In this document: piece by piece, positions 28,700 to 41,700 of the stretch
Layout of the letters: each line of letters starts with the position of its first letter
How positions within the stretch are numbered: position 1 is the stretch's first letter
DNA from: Eledone cirrhosa
Lineage: Eukaryota
Length of the DNA stretch: 64,000 bases
Direction: 5' to 3'
Assembly: GCA_964016885.1 (NCBI GenBank)
Contig: OZ024742.1
Coordinates: forward strand, 33,108,001 to 33,172,000
The notes under the pieces: model-generated
The model's input: the letters and a program-made list of their open reading frames with translations, nothing else
Told to the model about the DNA's origin: nothing
Database searches by the model: none
Position numbers and translations under genes: made by a program

Positions 28700-28918
28700 A
28701 CAGTCGATCGACTTTCATCAAATCGGACCGAGGAAACAATGTTTCTGTTGGTCTTTTGAATTGCTAATACTCTCTATCGGTCGCAACTCCAGGTAGAAGA
28801 TGCAATGTGAAATAAAGTGTCTCGCTCAAGGACATAATGCATCGCCTGGTCCAGGAATTGAACTCACATCCTCATGATTGCAAATCCAATTCTCTAACCA
28901 CTCAGCCACGCACCTTCA
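28700..28918 (-). mobile_element. tRNA-derived SINE (family A)
   Basis: Homologous to 21920-22160. Confidence 0.85.
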
Positions 28919-28979
28919 CAAGAATATATATAATAAAAATTAGTATAGTAAAATATAGTATAGCCACAGTCTATACAAC

Positions 28980-29285
28980 ATGACACCAGAAATCTCAATC
29001 CTGTGTTATCTCCCTTGTGAGGTTTAACTGGGCAAGGTCGGTTTTTATCACTTCATCCCAAGCTTTCCTAGGCCTACCTCTTCTGACTTTGAGTGCCCTG
29101 CACATTTTTATACAGCTGCCATCCTCCATAGACATGTCCAAACCACTACCATTTCTTCTTCTGTACACTGCATCTGGCCCTTCTTATTCTAGCTTCTCTC
29201 TCAGTTTATTGATGCTATGTTGTTCATACACACTACTATTGGACATCCACCGGAGCATGCAAACTTCATTTCTTTCCATATTTAA
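28980..29285 (-). mobile_element. Degenerate RTE fragment
   Basis: MERNEVCMLRWMSNSSVYEQHSINKLREKLE. Confidence 0.8.
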
Positions 29286-30579
29286 AAAGATGTAAAAAAT
29301 ACAGGAAACAAGCACACACACACACACACACGCTAAGATGAAAACAAACACATTGAATACACAGACCTCCCCCTCACCCCAAACCTGTATCATATTTAAT
29401 ATTGGAAACAAAAAATAAGAAAAGGAAGAACAAAAAGGAAAGTAATAATATAAGAAGACACTAGCTCTGCCACACAGACACATATATATATAGGTACTGA
29501 TATACATACATAGACATACAGATATACAGACACTAACACATACATAGACATACTGATACACAGACACTAACACATACATAGACACTAACACTCATACAGA
29601 TATACGGACACTAATACACACATAGACACTTATACTCACACACACATAGACATTCACACACACACTGATACACAGACACTAACACATACATAGACATTCA
29701 CACACACACAGACACTAACACATACATAGGCACTCACACACACATACATAGGCACTCACACACACACTAACACATACACATACATAGGCACTCACACACA
29801 CTTCCTTCTGTAAATGTTCTTTTTTCTTGGAATAATTCCATCCAACAAAGGCAAGAAATTTAAGAGAAAACTATGAAAAAAAAAAATTAAACAAAGGAAG
29901 TAAATAAGAACAGGGAAGACTCTGCCCATCCATAACCACCATGACCCTCTACAACCCCCACCATCAGTAGTACTATCATCATCATTAGAAGTACCAGTAG
30001 CACCACCACCACCGCCGCCGCCAACATCACAACCACAACCACAACCACAACCACCACCACCACCACCACCACTATCATTAGTTGATCTTACCAACTCACT
30101 ACCACACCACTGCTGCCACTACATTTATCAATGTAACAAGAACAGAACACCTAAGAAACTTATCAAGAGTATGTACATGTTTTATACCTGATTCAAGCAA
30201 TCTTGATAGTCATTAACAACATAGAAATATACACCTCTTCCTGCCCTCTCAACACCTCCATACAATCTTTCTCACTCCCCCTCTCTCTCTGTCTCTCTGT
30301 CCACACACACACATACTTCTTAGTCCCATCATGGTCTTGAACAGTTAAGCTTGCAGATTCATAACCCTCCCCCCACAACTACCAGCACCACCTCCACCAT
30401 TACTATCACAGGCTTTATTACTACCACCACAACTGCTGCCACCACCTCCATTACCGTTATCATATCTATAATTATCATTAACACAGCTATTACTGGCATG
30501 ACTTCCACATCACTTCCACTAGAGGCGCCCATTTAATTTCCATCTACACCACACCACACCTGCTTCATCCCACCTTCAC

Positions 30580-31610
30580 TTCACTAAACCACACCATACT
30601 ACACCACATTCTACCACAACACATCACACCACATTCTACCACAACACATCACACCATACTACACCACATTCTACCACATCACATCACACCACACCATACT
30701 ACACCACATTCTACCACAACACATCACACCACACCATACTACACCACATTCTACCACACCACACCATACTACACTACATTCTACAACACATCACACCACA
30801 CCATACTACACTACATTCTACCACAACACATCACACCACACCATACTACACCACATTCTACCACAACACATCACACCACACCATACTACACCACATTCTA
30901 CCACAACACATCACACCACACCATACTACACCACATTCTACCACAACACATCACACCACACCATACTACACTACATTCTACAACACATCACACCACACCA
31001 TACTACACCACATTCTACCACAACACATCACACCACACCATACTACACTACATTCTACAACACATCACACCACACCATACTACACCACATTCTACCACAA
31101 CACATCACACCACACCATACTACACCACATTCTACCACAACACATCACACCACACCATACTACACTACATTCTACAACACATCACACCACACCATACTAC
31201 ACCACATTCTACCACAACACATCACACTACACCATACTACACCACATTCTACCACAATACACCACACCATACTCTACCACAATACACCACACCATACTAC
31301 ACCACATTCTACCACACTAAACCACACCATACTACACCTCATTCTACCACACCACACTAAACCACACCATACTACACCACATTCTACCACAATACACCAC
31401 ACCACATTCTACCATACCACACTAAACCACACTATACTACACCACATTCTACCACAACACACCACACCACACTATACTACACCACATTCTACTACAACAC
31501 ACCACACCACACTAAACCACACTATACTACACCACATTCTACTACAACACACCACACCACACTAAACCACACTATACTACACCATATTCTACCACAACAA
31601 ACCATATTAA
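30580..31610. repeat. Pentamer-built minisatellite (~40-bp higher-order unit ACACC ACACC ATACT ACACC ACATT CTACC ACAAC ACATC)
   Basis: Direct tandem structure. Confidence 0.9.
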
Positions 31611-31821
31611 CACTATTCCACACCACACTACTGTATTACACATCATCTTCGTTGTACAATTTATCATGGCACCGATACCAGAGAGAAGCTTTGCTCCCTG
31701 CAAGGCTAAAGGATCCTCTGATCACTATATAGTATCCATTCTTTCAAGGAATGTAATAATGAGGGAGAAATGGCAATGTATGTGTATGTGGTGTTTGGTG
31801 TGTTGTGTGAGGTGTATATGC

Positions 31822-32270
31822 ACATCATCATCATCGTTTTATGTCCATTTTTCCATGCTAGCATGGGTTAGACGAGTTGTCCTGTTGTGGGCAATGTTAG
31901 GTCAGGTGACCATGTCTTGCTCATACAGAACTGATTTTGGCTTGGTTTTTACAGCTGGATGCCCTTCCTAATGACAGCCTTATTTTCAGTGAGTGCTGGG
32001 TGCTTTTTGTCATGTTGCCCACTCAACCACTTTACTGTGTGGATTGGGTGCTTTTTGTCATGACACCTACACAACCACTTTATAGTGTGTACTGGGTGGT
32101 TTTTGTCATGACACCTACACAACCACTTTATAGTGTGTACTGGGTGGTTTTTGTCATGACACCTACACAATCACTTTATAGTGTGTACTGGGTGGTTTTT
32201 ATCATGACACTTACACAACCACTTTACAGTGTGTACTGGGTGCTTTTTGCATGACACCTACACAACCACA
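31822..32270 (-). mobile_element. RTE 3' UTR and tail with ~5 tandem 48-bp units
   Basis: (CAT)n tail, CTGGATGCCCTTCCTAA, and repeated ACCACTTTATAGTGTGTACTGGGTGGTTTTTGTCATGACACCTACACA. Confidence 0.85.
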
Positions 32271-32319
32271 TGTGTGTGTATATTTATGAGCTAACTTATA
32301 TATAAACCTTATATATAAC

Positions 32320-32712
32320 ATCATCATCATAATCGTTTTTACGTCTGCCTTTCCATGGTTCCATGGGTTGGATGGGTTCTTCTCAGCATCTCTCCACATG
32401 TCGCGATCCTTTGTCATTGCTTCTATGAGTCTCAGTGATTTGAGGTCCTGCTCTCACAGTATCTGCCTAGGTCTTTCTTGGTCTACCTCTACCACGACTT
32501 CCTTCCACTGGCATTTCGTAGCACTTCTTAACCCAACAATCATTGACCAAGTGCATCAGTCTTCTCTCCTGCACACTACCTTGAATTCCTCTTAAACCCA
32601 GCTTCTCCTTCAACTCGTCCAAGCTCTGCTTCTCTCTCACACTTACATTGCACATCCAACGGAGTGTGGTTGTTTCATTTCTCTTCAATTTACACATGTC
32701 CTCCACAGTCAC
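32320..32712 (-). mobile_element. 3' fragment of a second RTE family
   Basis: KRNETTTLRWMCNVSVREKQSLDELKEKLGLRGI...ERRL...GRGRPRKT with a short 3' UTR and (GAT)n tail. Confidence 0.8.
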
Positions 32713-33190
32713 AGCCCCGGCTCTCAGAGTTCAAATCCCGCTGAGGTCAACTTTGCCTTTCCTCCTTTTGAAGTTGAAAAAAAAAGTACTAGATTAGTAC
32801 TGGGGTAGATTCTTCAACTCTCTGGAAGAAATCTGTTGTACTCAGGCCTGGAGAGGAATGGGCTCCACCAGACTTAAAATGCCCAAGAAACACTGTATGT
32901 CAATATGGCAATCTTATGACTCTAGCAGGAGTTACGGGCCCCATACAGAAGAAATCAGAGAAATAAAAAATATATAGCTCCAAACTAGTTTCTTCTATTA
33001 ATCTTTTGAAGAAGGGATTTTATCCTAAAATACAGGGCCCTATAAAGAACTGAAGGTAACACCCCAACAGCATGGTTATCATATTTTTAACATTTACCAT
33101 CCAATTCACATTGTGGTAGCTTTCAAACAAAACCCTATTTTCTACATATATTTATATTTGTATGAATGTATTTATGTATATATTTATAAG

Positions 33191-33547
33191 TACAGTTGTT
33201 TCCCAGTATTTGTGGGGTTACGTTTCTAGAGCACCCGTGAAGAGTGAAAAACCATGAACATTGGACGTAGTCCATAAATATGCCTATAAACGTCAAAATT
33301 TAATGTAAAATACAATAAAAAAAGAGGGAGGGTCCTATGCGAAGGGGTGTCCAAAAGGCCGGCAAATACAGTATATTGTTATTAATAATTTAGTGCGAAA
33401 AAAGCCATAAAAAAATTCGGGAAGATATTTACAATTCCGCAAAGATGTGGTGGTGTCCACAAACAATTATTAGTTGGGTTCTAAGGAAAATTTCGCGAAT
33501 AATCAGGACCGCGAATGTCGGGGTCACAAATACCAGGGTTGTACTTT
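33191..33547. mobile_element. Degenerate pogo/Tigger-like MITE
   Basis: Starts TACAGT...GGGGTTACGTTTC..CCCGTGAA..GTGAAAAACC. Right end has CCGCGAA motifs and GTACT. TIRs are imperfect. Confidence 0.45.
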
Positions 33548-34229
33548 CATGGTGGTTTGTGTATATATATGTATGAAACAAAATAATATTCCCCCTCCAT
33601 ACACATGCACACATATATATCATGACTCGTACACTGTTCACTTCCCTGACATTTGTATATTATTCTATGTACTATACATGCACCTTTGATGAGTTGTAGT
33701 GCACCTGAGCACTGTACACAATAATTTCATTATTATTATTAATACAAAACAAAAGTAAATGAAAAGAAAATTACCCATTTACTCAATATAATAATGCAAT
33801 GCCTACACACACAGATACCTGCATACACACACATATACCTGCATACACACACATACACACAGATACCTGCATACACACACACATACACCTACAGATATAC
33901 AGACACACACGTACACCTACAGATATACAGACACACACAAATACACACATACACCTACAGATATACAGACACACAAACACACACGTACACCTAAAAATAT
34001 ATAGACACACACAGACACATCCAGACATTATGTGTGCATTTCTTGAATAACACTTTCTTTACAGTTTACTATATTTGAAAAAGAAAAGGCGGCCTCCTCC
34101 CTCCCCTCATCCAACAGCCCCGCCTCTGCTCCACCAATATCACACACGAGAAGAGACACCATAGCAAAGCTATCAGAGAAGAAGGGTGTGTAGATGATCG
34201 ATGGTTGATGGTCTGATGGTATGGTAGGG

Positions 34230-34515
34230 TCTTGTTAACCAATGCTCCCTCATCCTCTTCCTCCAATGAGTAGACACCTTTATACACTACCGCCAACCCA
34301 ACCCTACCCTACCCCATTTCTTATGCTCCCTCATCCCCCCCCCCCCTCCTCTGATGAGTAGATACCTTTATACACCACCACCGCGACCACCATCACTACC
34401 GCCACTGCCAACCCAACCCTACCCCATCTCTTATGCCCCCCCCCTCTTCTGATGAGTAGACACCTTTATACACCACCACCTCCACTGCGACCACCAACCC
34501 AACCCTACCCCATCT
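34230..34515. repeat. Three ~100-bp tandem units
   Basis: ATGAGTAGA.ACCTTTATACAC.ACC and AACCCAACCCTACCC each occur three times. Confidence 0.8.
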
Positions 34516-34639
34516 CTTTTTTTCATATGGAGAGTGGTGATGGGCAAGTTAGGAGAGGCAGGGGGAAAACACTGGCAAGCTTAATTATCGAATCAATACG
34601 TTCGACCATGAATTCATTTTGAGACACAATTAGAAATTT

Positions 34640-35042
34640 CTCTGTGTGTGTGTAAGTGTGTCGGAGTGAGTGTGTGTGTGTGTGTGTATGACTGTGTGTG
34701 TGTGACAGTGTATGTGTGACTGTGTGTGTGTGTATGTGTGTCGGAGTGAGTGTGTGTGTGTGTATGACTGTGTGTGTGTGTGTATGGTGTTTGGTTCTTA
34801 GGCAAATATGTGTGTTTTACAAGGTTGTATATGTACAGGTGTGTGTGTGTGTAAGCTTTTACATGCGAGAGAAAGTGTGTATGTTTACATGTTTGTTTAC
34901 ATGTGTGTGTGTGTATGTGTGTATGTGTGTGAGAGTGTGTGTATGTGTGAGTGTGTGCATGTATGTATGTGAGTGAGTGTGTGAGTGTGTGTATGTGTGT
35001 GTATGAGTGTGTGCCTGTGTGTGTGTGTGTGTGTCTGTGTGT

Positions 35043-35079
<37 letters not shown>

Positions 35080-36063
35080 TGTGTGTGTGTGTGCAAGTAA
35101 AAACATGCACAAAGACAGTTATGAAATATAGTAAAGAATTTTTTTAAAAGAATGAATTGAAATAGTTTTAATAAAGATAATGGTTGTGATGATGATGGTG
35201 ATGATGATGATGGTGGTGGTGGTGGTGATGATGGTGGTGATGATGATGATGGTGGTGGTGGTGGTGATGATGGTGGTGGTGATGATGGTGGTGGTGATGA
35301 TGATGGTGGTGATGGTGGTGGTGGTGGTGGTGGTGGTGATGATGATGGTAGTGATGGTGATGGTGGTGGTGATGGTGGTGATAGTGATGGTGGTGGTGGT
35401 GATGATGATGGTGGTGGTGGAGATGATGATGGTGGTGATGGTGGTGGTGATGATGGTGGTGGTGGTGTTGGTAGTGGTGGTGGTGATGGTAGTGGTGGTG
35501 ATGGTGGTGATGGTAGTGGTGGTGATGGTGGTGGTGGTGATGGTGGTGGTGATGGTGGTGGTGGTGATGGTGGTGGTGATGGTGATGGTGGTGATGGTGG
35601 TGGTGATGGGGGTGATGCTGATGATAGTGAATGTGATGATGGTGTACTATGATGATGATATTAATGGGAGTGTAACGACATTGTAGACAAACATGATTTT
35701 ATCAACCCCGTAAGGATGAAAGACAAAGCTAACTTTGGTGGGATTTGAATTCTGAATGTAGAGGGCCATAACTCTATGCTCCAAAGTATGGTGTTCGATG
35801 CTCTACCGATACTACCAATCCACCAAAGTAATGTTTCTACTTTTGGCACAAGGCCAGCAATTATCCCAGTGCATTACTGGTACTTTATTTTACCGATCCC
35901 GTAAGGATTAAAATAATAATAACATGGAGAAGAAGAAGAAGACGAAGAAGAAGAAGACGAAGAAGAAGAAGAAGACGAAGAAGAAGAAGACGAAGAAGAA
36001 GACGAAGAAGAAGACGAAGAAGAAGAAGACGAAGAAGAAGACGAAGAAGAAGAAGACGAAGAA
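34640..36063. repeat. Microsatellite cluster: (GT)n 34640-35092, (GGT/GAT)n 35180-35660, (GAA/GAC)n 35927-36064
   Basis: Direct. Confidence 0.95.
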
Positions 36064-36706
36064 GAGGGGAGGGCGTGTGGAGAGTGAAGCAGAGAGTAGA
36101 AAAAAACATTAAAAAAAAAAAATAGTTTTTGATGATTTAAAATAAAAAATTAATTTAGGTCAAATGTCAAATGAATTTATAAAGCCCCCCCCCCCTGAAG
36201 TTTTGAATTAAACCAGCACCACCACCAGCACCACTAATAACAATAATAATTGTTTCTACTTTAGGCACAAGGCCATCAATCACCCAGTGCATTACTGGTA
36301 CTTTATTTTATCAACCCCGTAAGGATGAAAGGCAAAGTCAACCTCGGCAATAATAAATCATGATCAACAGTGTTGATGTATGTACAGTATTAAGGGAAGG
36401 TGACTATAAATACAGGAATGGAAGTCCTGTATATTGATTGTTTAGTTGAAGGTCTTTAAAAGACTTGGTTGCTGCTATAGGAATGGAATAGATGATGATG
36501 ATGATTGGAAACGAAAGAAAGAGTACATGAGATACAGAGAAAGAAAGAGTGTGTGTGTGTGTGTGAGTGATAGAAAGAAATATATGTGTATTGTATATAT
36601 ATATATTTCCAAGAGATGGCAACATGAATGCCTGTTATTTTTCTCTACAAAATGTTTTTCCAATTCCACCCCGGCATCCCTTCAATCTTCCTAATTTCAC
36701 ATTCTT

Positions 36707-36742
36707 TCTTCTGATGACAGACTAGCATCAGAAACGTTAAGA
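36707..36742 (+). ncRNA. Minimal (PLE-type) hammerhead motif, degenerate stem II
   Basis: TCTT-CTGATGA-CAGACTAGCATCA-GAAACGTT-AAGA. Confidence 0.45.
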
Positions 36743-36835
36743 CCCTCTTCTTGCTATTTCAAGCGTTAACCTAATATATTTCTTTCTTCCATATATTGTT
36801 TCGATTGTGTTGTTATTTCTGTTTACCTTTTACAC

Positions 36836-36924
<89 letters not shown>

Positions 36925-37010
36925 TATATATAATAATAATAATAATAATAAAAATAATAAACAAGAAAGACGGTTTTATTCATACATCCCTATTTATTTT
37001 GTTATATGTA

Positions 37011-37461
37011 CTAGCAGGAAACCACCCTTCGGGTGGTTTCCTGCTAGCATGTGTTGTGTGTATATTGATATTATACGCAAGTATATATGCATGTAGATAT
37101 GATCAAATAAAATCGTAATTGACAATATATACAGAAATTGAACGAAGACTGTGTTACACTGTCTTATGTAATCAGTAACGTAATCCAAGATACATAAAAA
37201 AAAACACGATATTATATATAAACTGCATTAGGAGAAAATTAGTGACAGAAATATATGAATATTTATTTAAACAAAATTTTAAAGAAGTGAATCTTTAAAT
37301 AAGTAATAAAATATATTTAATGAACAGCTATGAAATTTAGTAGATAAATTATGTAATATTCATTCATTATTTATTCAAAGTAATCCAACTTATTTTACTA
37401 ATGGGATAAAAAATGATAAACCGTACGCAGCCCCGCGCTCCTTACTTTATTATAGTTTAGA
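37011..37461 (-). mobile_element. Non-autonomous Helitron
   Basis: Minus strand begins A|TCTAAACTATAATAAAG and ends with hairpin CCACCC-GAA-GGGTGG then TTTCCTGCTAG|T. This gives TC...CTAG termini at an AT target. Confidence 0.7.
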
Positions 37462-37854
37462 TTTCAAAGACGTAAGGCAGTTGTATAATAACCACCTTAT
37501 GAGTTCTCTTCAGACAAATATCCAAACAAGATGTAAAGTTCCATTGATATGTTACTGGTCATGTGTTATTCACTTCGCTGCCCTGGGGATGATTCTTTAC
37601 CTATACCTCTTTCTCACTTCCTCTCTATCACTCTATCTCCTTATCTAGAAGAAATTGGGTGTGTTCAGACATGGAACGGAGATTGGCTCCACCAGGTTTA
37701 AAAAGTCCAAGAAAAACTGCACATTACTACAGCAACCCTGACCCCACCAGGAGTTATGGGTTGATACATACATATATATATATTAATATATACATGCACA
37801 CACATATACTTTTATACATACATATACACGTACACATACATTAAATGGTGATGA

Positions 37855-37886
<32 letters not shown>

Positions 37887-37890
<4 letters not shown>

Positions 37891-38268
37891 GTGTTAAACA
37901 ATATTCAATGATTATGTCAAAGAATGAGTTTTACAGTAGATTGGAAGCACTCAACGGGAATATAATTTTCTGGAGTTATTAATATTAAAATATAAGTATT
38001 AATAAAATAGATGTTCTTTTGATCAATTACATTTTATTATACATATTTCGGCTGTACAACAGTACGTCCTCATCAGACAAAATATAATGATACATGACAT
38101 ACCCTGAGATATTAAATGGTTAAGATTTAACCATTTAACATCTTAGGGTATGTCATGAATCATTATATTTTGTCTGATGAGGACGTACTGTTGTACATCC
38201 GAAATATGTATAATAAAATGTAATTGATCAAAAGAACATCTATTTTATTAATACTTATATTTTAATAT
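37887..38268. mobile_element. PLE-type inverted pLTR: ~142-bp arms (37982-38123 / 38127-38268), each with a hammerhead, plus tail, in (TA)n
   Basis: Palindrome with ~4 mismatches. Tail motif GCACTCAA at 37947. Confidence 0.8.
38160..38227 (+). ncRNA. Minimal type I hammerhead (mirror copy on minus strand ~38022-38090)
   Basis: TCATTATATTTTGT-CTGATGA-GGACGTAC tgtt GTACATCC-GAA-ATATGTAT-A^-ATAAAATGTAATTGA. Confidence 0.8.
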
Positions 38269-38285
38269 AATATATATACACACAC

Positions 38286-38485
38286 ATGAGGGTCAGCTAA
38301 AAAGTTCATAGGCTGACCAAGATACTCTCAAGGAATGACCAAATGAGGTGTATTTTTTAACACAGTCAGTGGAAAGAAACAATACAGTTATTAATAAGAA
38401 GTGTTAAAATTAGTGCATGCAAGATTTCACAGCCCTAGCACCACTCTTTCATAGTCAGTCTATGAACTTTTCAGCTCACCCTCAT
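38286..38485. mobile_element. Tc1/mariner-type MITE, ~32-bp TIRs
   Basis: ATGAGGGTCAGCTAAAAAGTTCATAGGCTGAC ... GTCAGTCTATGAACTTTTCAGCTCACCCTCAT. Confidence 0.75.
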
Positions 38486-38652
38486 ATGTAAACATATACA
38501 TATACACATGAATATATATATATATATAATATATACCTATGCATGTACGCACAAATATATACAAAATATATACCTATGCATGTATACACACACACATATA
38601 TATCATCATTATCATTTAATGTTCGCTTTCCCTGGTAGCAGGGTTGGACAGG

Positions 38653-38696
<44 letters not shown>

Positions 38697-38702
<6 letters not shown>

Positions 38703-39141
38703 AAGTGAGTCCTTCATCAGTGACCCTCCAACCGTCCTCGGCATTTCATCGCTTTAAGGGCCATATGCCTCAGGTTGGTGCGAACAACGGCTAAAAAAAG
38801 TTGTTGGGACACGTAAATAAAGGGGGACGCTAGAGTAACAACAAAAAGGGTTTAAGCAACGGAAAGTGAGTAGAAATAGACAAGTCCCAGATCTCTATGA
38901 ATATAAACTCTGTGAAATCGTGAACAAGAGACGAAAGACCATCGAACCTGGTAGAAATGTGAGCAAGGAAAGAATTTCGCCCAAGTTTGACAGGGGGAAA
39001 AAAGAGAGAGAGAGAGAAAGAGGAAGAAGAAGAAGAAGAGGCATATGGCCCTTAAAGCGATGAAATGCCGAGGACGGTTGGAGGGTCACTGATGAAGGAC
39101 TCACTTTTTCATATGTATCCCATTTGCAACGCCGCAGCTCC
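38697..39141. mobile_element. Inverted-repeat insert next to (TA)n: 75-bp arms (38697-38771 / 39038-39112), short tail; PLE-like
   Basis: Perfect inverted arms. They contain CTGATGAAGG but no downstream GAAA. Confidence 0.55.
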
Positions 39142-39173
39142 ATTATTATCATTATATATATATATATATATAA

Positions 39174-41573
39174 TATCAAAAGATGGTTAAAGGAGTTCCA
39201 TGTATTTTATTATGCGCATTTCAAAAACAAACATCATCATGCAATAATATTTGTGTTTTCATTAGATAAAACAGGAGAACATGATATGAAGGCTAAAAAA
39301 CACTTGTGGATAGTGCAGTTTTAAATCAACATATGAAAAGTAGTTTTAGATTTTGGGAAAGAATTTTGATATTGGGAAAAATATTTTATTTAGAGAGGGG
39401 GGTGGGGGGTGGAAAGGATGAAAAAAGGGGAGGAGATGAGAGTGAAGGTGGAGAGGGAGAGATGGGTGATAGAGAGAAAGAGATAGTTTTTATAACTGAG
39501 AAAAGATATATTGTTTTACATAGAGAGGTTGAAAACCGTTGGAAGATAATGTATAAATTAAAAGAATTTGAAAATTAACGAAGGGAAAAATATGTACGAG
39601 GAAAGAGAGGGAGTTGATATGTATTGAGATTAAAAAGTTTGAAGATAGAGAGAAAAAATAATAATTGCGGATGAATATTCTAACGTCAAAAAAAAGGTGT
39701 ATGTTTATAAGTATTATGGCAATTTCAAAATTAACGAAGAGAAAAATTATTAAGGTTTGTGTGTTGAAGGATTTGAGAAAAATAATGTAAAGTTAAGGTT
39801 TGTATATTGAAGGAATTGATAATATGTGCGAAGAAAGAGTTAATATGTATTAAAAAATTATTAAGGTTTGTGTATTGAAGGATTTGAGAAAAATAATGTG
39901 AAGTTAAGGTTTGTATATTGAAGGAATTGATAATATGTGCGAAGAAAGAGTTAATATGTATTAAAAAATTATTAAGGTTTGTGTATTGGAGGATTTGAGA
40001 AAAATAATGTGAAGTTAAGGTTTGTATATTGAAGGAATTGATAATATGTGCGAAGAAAGAGTTAATATGTATTAAGAATGAGTTAGATGATGGGGAGAAA
40101 AAAATAATAAATTAAGGATGAATATTCTAGCGTCAAAAGAAGGAGAGGGAGTTAATGTATTGAGATTAAAAAGTTTGATGATGGAGAGAAAAAATAATAA
40201 TAATTGCAGATGAATATTCTAACGTCAAAAAAACAAATGTATATGTTATGAAGGATTTTACAAGGTGAAGATAGAATGAGGGTAATGAGTAAACAAGTAT
40301 TATAGAGTGTATAATGCCCTTTGAAGTAAGGTAGGAAGATGGGTATATTTTAAAGAGGTGTATGTATATGTGCCTTTGTGAAAAGATTCTAAATTGATAA
40401 AGAATTGAATATTAGCTGTATACTTTGTGAAAAGTCCTATGGAATTTATGCAAGCAGATAGAAAACAAATCTGTACGTCTATTTATTATAGAATCTAGAT
40501 TAGAGATAATGGTAAATTTTTCATTTAGGCAGAGATTACAGATTTTAGATAGAGAGCTGTTCAAGTATGAGGACGCAGAAGAAACCTTCTTCCAAAAGAT
40601 GGTATATTTAATGCTTTTGTCTTTCAAGGACCATATGAGTTCTGAGAGAGCCGTGTTGGTTCTTTTAAGTTTGTATTTAAAAGATGAATGATGATTATAG
40701 AGACGAGCTTTAAAAGAGGTGGAAGTGGAGCCAAAATAGGTGAAGGAATTATCAAGTTATGAAGTTTTTATCAAGACAATGGTTGTTGAGAGGACATTTA
40801 TTTTTAATGCGGCAGTTGCAATTAGAGAGATTATTAATGAGTGACCTAGTGTTATCTATAGAAGGAATTGGATTGGAGAAGTTGTTTGCGATAGGAATAA
40901 TAGGAATAATAGTTTCTTGATTTAGAGTTGGATTATGAACATTTAGCGAAGTTGTGTTTGACATTGTATTTGGGTTTACAGAAGTTAGCCTAGGGTTTAC
41001 AATGACGTCGGGAGTACTATTACTGTTATTATGAAATTCAATGTTGGAAGGAAGAGATTTAGTATTTAGTATTTTATTGTTGTGTTTAGAGATAATGTTG
41101 GAAATATTGGAGGATGTAGAATAAGAAAATTTTATGGTGTGTTTGTTAAATATTTTACTATAGATATGTGAGGGAGGGAAGCATTTATTTAAGGCACTAA
41201 AAAATAATTTAGGAATATTGTTATTAATAGAGATGGAGAAAGGAGCATTATACCAGATTATGTTTTTGTATCTAGGTCTTTTATTAAAGTTATTGGAATG
41301 ATCATGATTAATTATTCTACTGTAAGTTTTTCTAGAATTTGTTTCTTTACTATATTTGATGAATGATGGTATATTTAATGTTTTTGTCTTTCAAGGACCA
41401 TATGGGTTCTGAGAGAGCGCATGAGTTTTTGAAATGCGCATAATAAAATACATGGAACTCCTTTAACCATCTTTTGATCTTATATATTATGTATACTCCA
41501 GTCCTACAAACTGTAGAGTGCTTCTTATCCGATATCTGCATTGCTTTATTGTACTACAATAAAACTCACCTCC

Positions 41574-41575
<2 letters not shown>
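39174..41575 (-). mobile_element. Penelope-like element, 5'-truncated: linker + GIY-YIG endonuclease + long 3' UTR, with inverted 3' end
   Basis: Minus strand reads NAPFS..KIFNKHTIKFSYST, CNCRIKNKCPLNNHCL, YFGSTSTSFKARLYNH and ICNLCLNEK..IINRRTDLFSICLH. 54-bp inverted repeats at 39174-39227 and 41424-41478. Three 111-bp tandem units at 39742-40075. Confidence 0.88.
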
Positions 41576-41657
<82 letters not shown>

Positions 41658-41700
41658 AAGAGAAAAGAAACAGACACACACACACATATATATATATATA

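Noticed and set aside
34350-34470. CTGATGAG in ~100-bp tandem units as hammerheads
   Set aside because: No stem II or GAAA follows, and the first unit lacks the motif.
35924-36112. Lys-rich protamine-like ORF
   Set aside because: It is a translation of the (GAA/GAC)n microsatellite.
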